Shown here piece after piece: positions 38,811-47,222 of a DNA stretch of 64,000 nucleotides. This stretch comes from a virus. The stretch's first letter is position 1. Each line of letters begins with the position of its first letter. The stretch is taken from the IMG/VR virus record IMGVR_UViG_3300035670_012130, positions 1 to 64,000 of that record; one strand, written 5' to 3'. A model generated the notes under the pieces. The model was not told the DNA's origin and ran no database searches. It saw only the letters and a list, made by a program, of their open reading frames with translations. The translations under genes and the position numbers were made by a program.

Positions 38811-39599
38811 ATGAATGTGATAGTAAATTACAATTGGGGTGATAAACATACATTTTCTTTGTCCCACAAACTATATCTTGAAGGCCTTGCAAAGATCAAT
38901 TGTTATAAACTTATTATAGTTTATGATATGAGTGAAGAGACGATTGATAAACTAAAGACTATTTACGACCATGTTGAAGTCATACCAAAACCAGATTCAC
39001 ATTTCACTTCATTTTACACAATTTACAAAACTGTAGAAAAATATTGCTCTCATTGTGATTTGTTTTTATATACTGATTCACATGATGTTATTTTTCAATC
39101 AGATCCTTTTGAATATCTTTCTAAATTTGATGAAGAAATTTTCTTAACTTCTCCAGGTTTTAAAGTAAAGGATCAATGGCCAGACCGAAATTGGCATGAA
39201 TATTTTAATAAATCAACTAGCAAAAAAGTAGATTTCTGGGAAGATAAAGTTTTGAATGGTGGAATAACTGCTGGAAAAGTTCAAGCAATACTCAATTTCT
39301 ATGCATTTGCAACTGCTAATTTAAACAGAAATGGTTGTCATATTGTAGATCAAACCGTATATTTATATTTTTATCATCTGATGAAAGACAGAGGTAATGT
39401 TAGAATTTTTGATACCAGAAATGATAATTTTGTGTATCACTGTCAAAATGAGCATTTTTTTGATCGCCCAGAAAATCCCAATGTTATAAACGGAAAAATA
39501 TACACTGAGTCTGGTGAGTTATATTGTATTTGGCATCAATGGGATGATATTGGATACTCGGCTAATTTAGATGAGAAAGGTAATGTTTACATTAAATGA
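38811..39599 (+). CDS. Putative GT-A-fold glycosyltransferase
   Basis: TDSHDVIFQSDPF, LNGGITAG, VDQ, WHQWD; located in the sugar island. Confidence 0.65.
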   Translation: MNVIVNYNWGDKHTFSLSHKLYLEGLAKINCYKLIIVYDMSEETIDKLKTIYDHVEVIPKPDSHFTSFYTIYKTVEKYCSHCDLFLYTDSHDVIFQSDPFEYLSKFDEEIFLTSPGFKVKDQWPDRNWHEYFNKSTSKKVDFWEDKVLNGGITAGKVQAILNFYAFATANLNRNGCHIVDQTVYLYFYHLMKDRGNVRIFDTRNDNFVYHCQNEHFFDRPENPNVINGKIYTESGELYCIWHQWDDIGYSANLDEKGNVYIK

Positions 39600-40309
39600 A
39601 TATAATATTTGCGGTTATAAGAAATCCAGAATTTGTGATAAATAATAAATATACCTCATTCATTAATTCACTTAAAAATTTGTCTGAGACATCTAAAATT
39701 GTTTTAATAAATGCAAGTTCAAAAGAAATTAAACTAGATCGTGCTAATATTGAAGTTTTGAATACTACTGCAATGGCTTCAGATTTAAACATTTATGGAG
39801 CAATTTCAGGATACTTGAATCAGTACCAAAATGACGAAAATGATTATGTTGCGATCTGTAACGTAGAAAATATATTGTTTACTCGTGATCCTTTATTGTT
39901 TCTAAAGCATTTTGATAAAGATCTATATTTTTATAGTTTGAGCCATATCAATAACGAAAGTACTCAAATAAAATCAGATTATGAGAATTTTGTAAAAACC
40001 TGTAATTTTTATATGGGAAATGATTTCGATTCTTTATCAATTGGTACTCATTTCTTTGGCGGTAAATTATCAGCTATGAAAGCATTGTTATTAACATTGT
40101 TTTTGAATGTCAACAGAAACTCAGCCAATACAATTACCTCTCAAGCTGTTTTGTCTTATGTTCACAAGCACTTTTATAATTTATTCAAAGTTCAAATGTT
40201 TACAAATCAATTTTGCATGCTTGTAGATGATAAAAGCAAGGCTGAGTCTATTTTAGACGATGAAGAATTATCTAAAAAACAATATGCAGTAATATACTTT
40301 ACCAGCTAA
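39596..40309 (+). CDS. Degenerate paralog of the GT-like proteins
   Basis: CNVENILFTRDPL aligns with xDxxDV.FQ.DPF; FFGG; SQ replaces DQ. Confidence 0.5.
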   Translation: MNIIFAVIRNPEFVINNKYTSFINSLKNLSETSKIVLINASSKEIKLDRANIEVLNTTAMASDLNIYGAISGYLNQYQNDENDYVAICNVENILFTRDPLLFLKHFDKDLYFYSLSHINNESTQIKSDYENFVKTCNFYMGNDFDSLSIGTHFFGGKLSAMKALLLTLFLNVNRNSANTITSQAVLSYVHKHFYNLFKVQMFTNQFCMLVDDKSKAESILDDEELSKKQYAVIYFTS

Positions 40310-40700
40310 TTTCCCAATCTTTGAAATCAGCTGCTAAACAATCAATTTTATAATCTTTTCTACCGCCAACGACTTCTTGAATTTTGTTTTTGGCGGTATT
40401 TCTTATTCCATTTAATCCATGTGTCAATTCGAGATTATTCCCATCTTTAATGCCTTTGCGATAATTGGTTTCATTATGCCAAATATGTAAATTCATCTGA
40501 GAAAGAACTACTATAGCTCTAATTACTTGAGCATCAACTATTGCGTTATTTTCGTCTAAATGTGCTTGTATATCATGAACTATAGATGCTATTTCTTCAG
40601 CATATTCACTTTTATGATCTGTAATAAAAACTTCCTTAAGTTGAACTATAGAAAGTCTGTCAATTAATTCCGAAAGAGTTGGTAAATATTTGCGATTCAT
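40299..40700 (-). CDS. DUF6165/DUF4254-like helical protein
   Basis: LSELIDRLSIVQLK..NLHIWHNE..NGIRNTAKNKI. Confidence 0.55.
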   Translation of the reverse strand: MNRKYLPTLSELIDRLSIVQLKEVFITDHKSEYAEEIASIVHDIQAHLDENNAIVDAQVIRAIVVLSQMNLHIWHNETNYRKGIKDGNNLELTHGLNGIRNTAKNKIQEVVGGRKDYKIDCLAADFKDWEISW

Positions 40701-40741
40701 ATCTTGAATTATACCTTGCTAAATGCACGTATAATATTTTT
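40701..40741. promoter_or_regulatory. Back-to-back divergent leaderless-type promoters in 41 bp
   Basis: (-) GGTATAAT 7 nt before ATG 40700; (+) CGTATAAT 6 nt before ATG 40742. Confidence 0.7.
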
Positions 40742-41695
40742 ATGAAAATTGTATACATAACAGGTTGTTTAGGATTTATTGGAAGACATGTGGCTCTATC
40801 TTGTCTGGAAAAGGGGTGGTATGTATATGGAATTGACAAATGTACTTACGCATCTGACATTAATTTATTGAGTGAATTTAATAAATATAAAAATTTCAAC
40901 TTTCAGCAAATTGATATCTGTTCTTTAGATAGGTTGGTAGATTGTGATTATTTCATAAACGTAGCAGCAGAAACGCATGTAGATAATTCTATTAGAAAAA
41001 GTGATGATTTTATTCATTCAAATATTAATGGAGTTTACAATATATTAGAATTACTTAAAAACTACAAAAAAGAAGGCTATGTAACACCTACATTTTTACA
41101 TTTTAGCACTGATGAAGTTTATGGTGATATTACTGATGGAGCGCATATAGAAACTGATTTATTAAGGCCTTCTAATCCTTATTCAGCTACCAAAGCAGCA
41201 GCTGATCAACTCATCACTGCTTGGTCTAGAACTTATGATTTGCCATATGTTATTGTTAGACCCACTAATAATTATGGATGCGGTCAATATGTTGAAAAGC
41301 TAATTCCCAAAGCCTGTAAATTTTTATCATTAGGAAGGAAAATTCCATTACACAACAATGGAACACCAACCCGAAATTGGCTGCATGCTAAAGATACAGC
41401 TAAAGCAGTAATGACTATAGTTGAATCAGATGTAAAAAATGAAATTTATAATATTGCTGGTGGATTTGAACAATCTAACCTTGATACTGTTCACAAAATT
41501 ATCAAAGAGTTTTACCCAGGCAGTGTCTTTGAAACAGAAGATTACATAAATTTCAATGTTCATAGACCAGGACAAGATGTAAGATATGCTCTTGATGATT
41601 CGAAGATAAGAGCATTGGGTTGGAAGCCTGAATGTGTGTTTGATGAAGAAATTAAAGAAATAGTAAAATACTATAAAGAAAATTTTGTATGGTAA
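40742..41695 (+). CDS. rfbB: dTDP-glucose 4,6-dehydratase
   Basis: TGCLGFIG, DKCTYA, AAETHVDNSI, STDEVYG, PSNPYSATKAA, RPGQDVRYALD. Confidence 0.92.
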   Translation: MKIVYITGCLGFIGRHVALSCLEKGWYVYGIDKCTYASDINLLSEFNKYKNFNFQQIDICSLDRLVDCDYFINVAAETHVDNSIRKSDDFIHSNINGVYNILELLKNYKKEGYVTPTFLHFSTDEVYGDITDGAHIETDLLRPSNPYSATKAAADQLITAWSRTYDLPYVIVRPTNNYGCGQYVEKLIPKACKFLSLGRKIPLHNNGTPTRNWLHAKDTAKAVMTIVESDVKNEIYNIAGGFEQSNLDTVHKIIKEFYPGSVFETEDYINFNVHRPGQDVRYALDDSKIRALGWKPECVFDEEIKEIVKYYKENFVW

Positions 41696-41702
41696 TTATC
41701 AA

Positions 41703-42719
41703 ATGAAAGTAAATGATTACATTGCTGAAAGATTGTATCAAGAGGGTATTAGACACGTTTTTGGCATAATGGGTGGTGGAGCTGCTGGTATAAATGATGG
41801 TTTTATCAGAAGCAAAATTGAATACATTTGTTTTCATCATGAACAAGGTGCTTCGAATGCAGCTTTGGCTTATAGCAAGTCCAAAAATCAGATTTCAGTT
41901 GTTAACCCTACCACTGGATGCGGAGGATTAAATTGTGTAACTTCTCTAGTGTCAGCCTTTCAAGATAGTGTGCCTTTATTATTTATATCAGGTAATTATC
42001 GACTTCAAGAGACTACCAGATATCTTAATAAAACTAAAAACATAAGCTTGAGAAAATTTGGTTTACAAGAGCATGATATTATTGAACATGTCAAGTATGC
42101 TACAAAGTTTTTTGCATTTATAGAAGACAAGAACGATGTTCCAATGGTCCTTGAAAAAGCAATTCAAAAATGTGTTAATGACAGACCTGGACCTTGCTGG
42201 ATTGATATTCCTTCTGATATTCAAACCCAAGAAATCGATAATAGTTTTTTATTTCCAAATATTGAAACTGAAAAAAAAATTTTAAACAAAACTTATATTG
42301 AAGAATTTTTCAGTATTTTAAATAATAGCAAGAGACCATTGATTTTGTTAGGTTCAGGGATAAATATTTCTGATTGTAAACAAGAAGTAATTGATTTTAT
42401 TGAATTGAATCAAATTCCAACAGTCAGTACATTTTCTGCAAAAAATATTTTGCCTTTTGATCACAAATTAAGTATTGGCACTATTGGAATAAAAGGAAGT
42501 AGAGCTGGAAATTTTGCTTTACAAAATTGTGATCTGTTAATTGCTTTAGGTTGTTCATTAAATTCATCACATACGGGATATGATAAAAAACTATTCTCAC
42601 CAAAATCCAAAAAAATCTTGGTAAATATTGATGAGAATGATTATTTGAAAAATAATGTAGATTTTGATCTATTTATAAAAAAAGACTTAAAAGGCTTCTT
42701 AAATGACATCAAGAATTGA
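41703..42719 (+). CDS. ThDP-dependent ALS-like enzyme, N-terminal and middle domains (split gene, part 1)
   Basis: HHEQGASNAA, TTGCGGLN, RPGPCWIDIPSDIQ, GSRAGNFALQNCDLLI. Confidence 0.85.
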   Translation: MKVNDYIAERLYQEGIRHVFGIMGGGAAGINDGFIRSKIEYICFHHEQGASNAALAYSKSKNQISVVNPTTGCGGLNCVTSLVSAFQDSVPLLFISGNYRLQETTRYLNKTKNISLRKFGLQEHDIIEHVKYATKFFAFIEDKNDVPMVLEKAIQKCVNDRPGPCWIDIPSDIQTQEIDNSFLFPNIETEKKILNKTYIEEFFSILNNSKRPLILLGSGINISDCKQEVIDFIELNQIPTVSTFSAKNILPFDHKLSIGTIGIKGSRAGNFALQNCDLLIALGCSLNSSHTGYDKKLFSPKSKKILVNIDENDYLKNNVDFDLFIKKDLKGFLNDIKN

Positions 42720-43458
42720 CTGGATTGAAAAGTGTAATTATTGGAAAGAAAAATGGCCTTTGTATACAGATTGTTTCATTGATGACAATGATGGAATAAA
42801 TTTATATACAATAATTGAGACTATAAATAATTGCTCTAACACCAAAGACATTTTGATGACTGACGCTGGTTCTGCAAATTATGTTTGTTGCCAAAATTTA
42901 AAATTAAAAAAAGATCAAAAATTTATTTTTCCTGCAGCTCAAGGTGATATGGGATTTTGTATACCTGCTTGTGTTGGAGCCCAATTGGCAAATCCTGACC
43001 ATAATATAATTGCAATTATTGGAGATGGCAGTTTTCAAACAAATATTCAGGAACTTGCTTCTATAAAAGCAATAAAATCTAATTCTAAAATTGTAGTTTT
43101 GAACAATGAAGGCTATCTAAGTATTAGAAACACACAAAGTAAATTTTTTAATGGAAATGTCTATGGTGAATCTAAAAGTACAGGCTTATGGTTTCCTGAT
43201 CTTAAAAAAATTGCTACAGCATATGAATTCGAATATTTCAGAATCGAAAGTAATAAAGATTTAGTTGATATTTTTGAAAACGAACTTCACAGTGAAAAAC
43301 CAATTATTTTTGACATCAAATGCAAATATTCTCAAGATGTAATACCAACTTCAGCTTTAAAAATAGATAAAAATTCAGGTAAAAAAATTCAATGTGGCTT
43401 AGATGACATGTATCCTTTCATGAGCGATGAAGAGCATTCAAAAGAGATGTTATATTGA
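42703..43458 (+). CDS. ThDP-dependent ALS-like enzyme, C-terminal ThDP-binding domain (split gene, part 2)
   Basis: QGDMGFCIPACVGA, GDGSFQTNIQEL..NNEGYLSIRNTQ. Confidence 0.85.
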   Translation: MTSRIDWIEKCNYWKEKWPLYTDCFIDDNDGINLYTIIETINNCSNTKDILMTDAGSANYVCCQNLKLKKDQKFIFPAAQGDMGFCIPACVGAQLANPDHNIIAIIGDGSFQTNIQELASIKAIKSNSKIVVLNNEGYLSIRNTQSKFFNGNVYGESKSTGLWFPDLKKIATAYEFEYFRIESNKDLVDIFENELHSEKPIIFDIKCKYSQDVIPTSALKIDKNSGKKIQCGLDDMYPFMSDEEHSKEMLY

Positions 43459-44249
43459 TGAATATACTAATTACTGGTGGAGAAGGCTATGTTGCCTCAA
43501 ACTTATATAAGAACCTTGAATCAAGTTATAATTTAACTACAATTTCAAGAAAAGATTTAGATTTGACTATTTCTTCAGAGGTAAATGCTTTTTTTGAAAA
43601 TAAATTTTTCGACATTGTTTTTCATTGTGCTGTATGTGGAGGTAGCAGGTTAAAATTAGATAGTTATTATGAAATGGATAATAATTTGAAAATGTATTAT
43701 AATCTACATCAATTAAAAGATAAGCATTTCAAAAAATTTATCACATTTGGTTCAGGTGCAGAAACACACTCATCTCATACTCCTTATGGATTGAGCAAAC
43801 ATGTAATAGCTCAATCCATCTCTGAAACTGAGAACTTTTATAATCTTGTAATTTTTGCTCTTTTTGATTCAAGTGAATGGGAATCTAGATTTATAAAAGC
43901 AAATATTTTACGTTACATAAATAAAGATTCTATAATTATTCACCAAGATAAATACATGGATTTTTTTTACATGAATGATTTTATAAAAGTAATAAAATAC
44001 TATATTGAAAATCAAAGCTGCCCAAAATCAATTAATTTTTCATACGGTGAATCAACAAAACTTTCAGACATTGCAAAAAAAATCAACAATCTAAATAATT
44101 ATAAAGTTGATATTTGTATAGAAAATCAAGAAATTGCACCAAGCTATTGTGGAGATTATAATTTGGATGCATTGAATATTAATTTCGATGGCTTATACAA
44201 TGGCATTGAAAAAGTTTTTGATGAAATAAATTCTGCAAATTACAAATAA
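43458..44249 (+). CDS. NAD-dependent epimerase/dehydratase
   Basis: ILITGGEGYVA, FGSGAE, YGLSK. Confidence 0.82.
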   Translation: MNILITGGEGYVASNLYKNLESSYNLTTISRKDLDLTISSEVNAFFENKFFDIVFHCAVCGGSRLKLDSYYEMDNNLKMYYNLHQLKDKHFKKFITFGSGAETHSSHTPYGLSKHVIAQSISETENFYNLVIFALFDSSEWESRFIKANILRYINKDSIIIHQDKYMDFFYMNDFIKVIKYYIENQSCPKSINFSYGESTKLSDIAKKINNLNNYKVDICIENQEIAPSYCGDYNLDALNINFDGLYNGIEKVFDEINSANYK

Positions 44250-44271
44250 TAAAAATAAGTATAATGTAAAT

Positions 44272-44928
44272 ATGTCTAGATTTGATACAGATTTAATTTT
44301 CAAGATTGATGAAAAATGGTTTTGGCGTAAAGATGATTACAATTTGAAGACCTACAATGGCCTTTCAAGTGAGACAGATCTACTCAAAGTTGTTCAACCC
44401 TATCTCAAAGGTAAAAAAGTCGTAGTTCAAGCTGGTGGAAATTGTGGTATGCAAGTTGTTAAATTTGCAGAATTTTTTGATACAGTTTACACTTTTGAAC
44501 CTGATCCTATTAATTTTCATTGTTTAGTTAACAATTTGCCATATGATAATGTAATAAAATTCCAGTGTTGTCTGGGCGATTCTCATAAAATGGTTTCAAT
44601 GACTACTTTGCCCAATGAAATAGGTGGTTTTTATGTCAATGAAAATTTGGGTACAACTCCTACACTTAGAGTTGATGATTTGAATTTAACTTACTGTGAT
44701 TTTTTACAGCTTGATGTTGAGGGTTATCAACTTTATGCACTTAAAGGTGCTATAAACACAATCAAGAAATTCCATCCAGTTATTAGTGTTGAATTTGATT
44801 GGGCTTTTAGATATAATCACAGCACATCTGATATTAGAAATTTTTTAGCAAGCTTAGGCTACGAAAAAGTCGAGTCTTACACAACTGATCATATTTATAT
44901 TTATAAAAATCTTTCATTTAGTTTATGA
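44272..44928 (+). CDS. FkbM-family SAM-dependent methyltransferase
   Basis: VVQAGGNCG, YTFEPDP.NF, LQLDVEGYQ..ALKGA..TI...PVI. Confidence 0.88.
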   Translation: MSRFDTDLIFKIDEKWFWRKDDYNLKTYNGLSSETDLLKVVQPYLKGKKVVVQAGGNCGMQVVKFAEFFDTVYTFEPDPINFHCLVNNLPYDNVIKFQCCLGDSHKMVSMTTLPNEIGGFYVNENLGTTPTLRVDDLNLTYCDFLQLDVEGYQLYALKGAINTIKKFHPVISVEFDWAFRYNHSTSDIRNFLASLGYEKVESYTTDHIYIYKNLSFSL

Positions 44929-45821
44929 AAATATTAATTACAGGTGCTGGTGGTTTTTTAGGATCAAATATTTGCAATTTGCTATCTAAAAAGCATGAAA
45001 TTTTAGCTATATCTAGAAATTTTGAAAAACTAAATAGAGAAAGTAATATAATCTGTCATAAATTAGATATGGCAGATTATAATCTTTTAAAAGAACAAGT
45101 GCAAAATTTTATTCCAGAAGTAGTAATTCATTGCGCATGGATGGGCGGAAATTCTTCTAGAGACATTAATGAACTGTGGCAAGCAGATAACATCATTTAC
45201 AGCAATGAACTTCTTAAGTTTTGCTCATCTCTAGGGATTAGACATTTTATAGGATTTGGATCTTCTGCTGAGTATGGAAATCATTTATGCAAACTAAATG
45301 AACTCACAGTTTGTAAACCTACAACCATGTACGGTATTACTAAGAATTCATTTAGACACATAGCAGAGAATTATTGTGAATCTAATAATATCAATTTCAG
45401 TTGGGTAAGACCAGTTTTTACTTATGGTCCAAGAGATGTTGAGACAAGACTAATTCCTAAAGCTATTATATCTTTTTTGAAAAACCAAGATCTTGTATTG
45501 AATAAATGTTCAGCCGTAGTAGATTATTTATTTGTTGAAGATTTTTGTAAAGCCATACAATGCATTGTTGAACAAGAAATAATTGGAGATTTTACCATAT
45601 CTTCTGATGATGAAATTAATATAAAAAAATTAGTTGAAATGATTTATGAAAAAATTAATTCTAAATCTAATTTAATTTTTGATGAAAGTAAACCTGATTA
45701 CAGCCATCAATATGTTTGTGGTTCATCAGAAAAATTAAAATCTTTGTCTGATTGGCGCCCGCTGATTTCTTTAGAGAATGGTTTAGATAAAACCATTTCC
45801 TACTTTGAAAAGTTCGTATAA
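44925..45821 (+). CDS. NAD-dependent epimerase/dehydratase (reductase-like)
   Basis: ITGAGGFLG, GSSAEYG, YGITK, RPVFTYGP. Confidence 0.88.
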   Translation: MKILITGAGGFLGSNICNLLSKKHEILAISRNFEKLNRESNIICHKLDMADYNLLKEQVQNFIPEVVIHCAWMGGNSSRDINELWQADNIIYSNELLKFCSSLGIRHFIGFGSSAEYGNHLCKLNELTVCKPTTMYGITKNSFRHIAENYCESNNINFSWVRPVFTYGPRDVETRLIPKAIISFLKNQDLVLNKCSAVVDYLFVEDFCKAIQCIVEQEIIGDFTISSDDEINIKKLVEMIYEKINSKSNLIFDESKPDYSHQYVCGSSEKLKSLSDWRPLISLENGLDKTISYFEKFV

Positions 45822-45828
45822 TATTTTT

Positions 45829-46638
45829 ATGAATAATCTTTTGCTAAATTTTCTAGATGGTAATCGCATACTCGAATCAATTGATGCAGATATATACCTT
45901 GCATCATTATCAAAACACAAAACATTTAAAAAACTTGTATGTGTTTACAATGTTGATTCCGAGCAAATCAAAAAACTTGAGAAGTATTATGATTATGTAA
46001 TACCAGTTGAAAAAGGATTAACACCAATAAACTTTTGCTATTTAGCTTATTATAATTGGCTTTGTGAAAATGGCAAAGATTTCAAGTATGTAATGCATTG
46101 CGATATGCGTGATGTTGTAATTCAAAAAGATCCATTTGAATTTATGGAAAATCATCCAGATAAAGAACTATTTTTAGTTTGTGAAGGAATGAAAATTAAA
46201 GAGAATGATTGCAACAAAATGTGGCATGACTGGGTTTTAAATACAATAATTTACAATAAAGAAACCTACGATGATTCTTATGTTTTGAATGGAGGAACAT
46301 ATGGTGGGAAAACAAATGCTTTTCTAAATTACTGTACATTGATACTCACAGCAATGAATAGAAAGTTCCATTATATTATTCCAGATCAAGCTATGTTGGG
46401 TTATTTATATAGACAATTAAGTCAAAATCCAAATGTTATGCTAACTCATCCTATGACAGATACTTTTTGTGCAACTGGCGAGGCAATAAAAAGAGATAAC
46501 GTTGATGTTTATTTTGACGGTACAAATGTCTGCAATCAATTAGGGGAAAAGTATTGTTTATTCCATCAATGGGATAGAACTGAGGTGGCTGAACTGTTAA
46601 GAAATAAGTTTAAAAATACTTTGTCATTCAGCCTTTAA
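45829..46638 (+). CDS. Putative GT-A-fold glycosyltransferase (paralog of 38811)
   Basis: CDMRDVVIQKDPF, LNGGTYGG, PDQA, FHQWDR; ATG 45829 lies 6 nt after GTATAAT. Confidence 0.65.
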   Translation: MNNLLLNFLDGNRILESIDADIYLASLSKHKTFKKLVCVYNVDSEQIKKLEKYYDYVIPVEKGLTPINFCYLAYYNWLCENGKDFKYVMHCDMRDVVIQKDPFEFMENHPDKELFLVCEGMKIKENDCNKMWHDWVLNTIIYNKETYDDSYVLNGGTYGGKTNAFLNYCTLILTAMNRKFHYIIPDQAMLGYLYRQLSQNPNVMLTHPMTDTFCATGEAIKRDNVDVYFDGTNVCNQLGEKYCLFHQWDRTEVAELLRNKFKNTLSFSL

Positions 46639-47222
46639 CCTAATTCTCGTTCTATATCAATATCAAGATCTGCAGCTGTTTCAGGTTTAGCTTCATTTTT
46701 AGTAGCTAAAATAAGTTGAATAGTTTCAAACTCTTTCATACTCAAGTTAGAAAATTCATCTTTACTCATAGAAACTAAACCTCGTGTCATATAGTCTATT
46801 TCAACAACTAGTGGTGGCACGGGGTAAGTTTCTGTATCATTTGGGTTGTAATATTTTTTTGTCGCAACATAATAAAAGTTAGCTTCATCAGCATTCAAAT
46901 ATAGATAATTCTGATATTCAACCCACAACTTTTCTACAATCTGATAGTCTAGCTTTTCTAATAATGAGATTTCGAATTCAGGCATATAATCTATGTTAGT
47001 ACTTGTGTCATACGCTCTTAATATTGCTAAATTTAAAATCTCTCTTTTTTCAAATTCAGAATTTTGATAAACTATATTATCTTTTTTTCTAAATGATTTG
47101 GCATCTATCAACAAGCCTTCTTTCCAAGTTATTTCTCTAACTATAAACTTTACAGTATCTATCGTGATGATATGAGTTCTGTTTGATTTAATTTTATCGT
47201 AAAATTCAATAAATTCTTTCAT
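46635..47222 (-). CDS. Putative tail assembly chaperone-like protein
   Basis: 195 aa; IVREITWKE pattern; follows a tube-like gene. Confidence 0.4.
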   Translation of the reverse strand: MKEFIEFYDKIKSNRTHIITIDTVKFIVREITWKEGLLIDAKSFRKKDNIVYQNSEFEKREILNLAILRAYDTSTNIDYMPEFEISLLEKLDYQIVEKLWVEYQNYLYLNADEANFYYVATKKYYNPNDTETYPVPPLVVEIDYMTRGLVSMSKDEFSNLSMKEFETIQLILATKNEAKPETAADLDIDIERELG

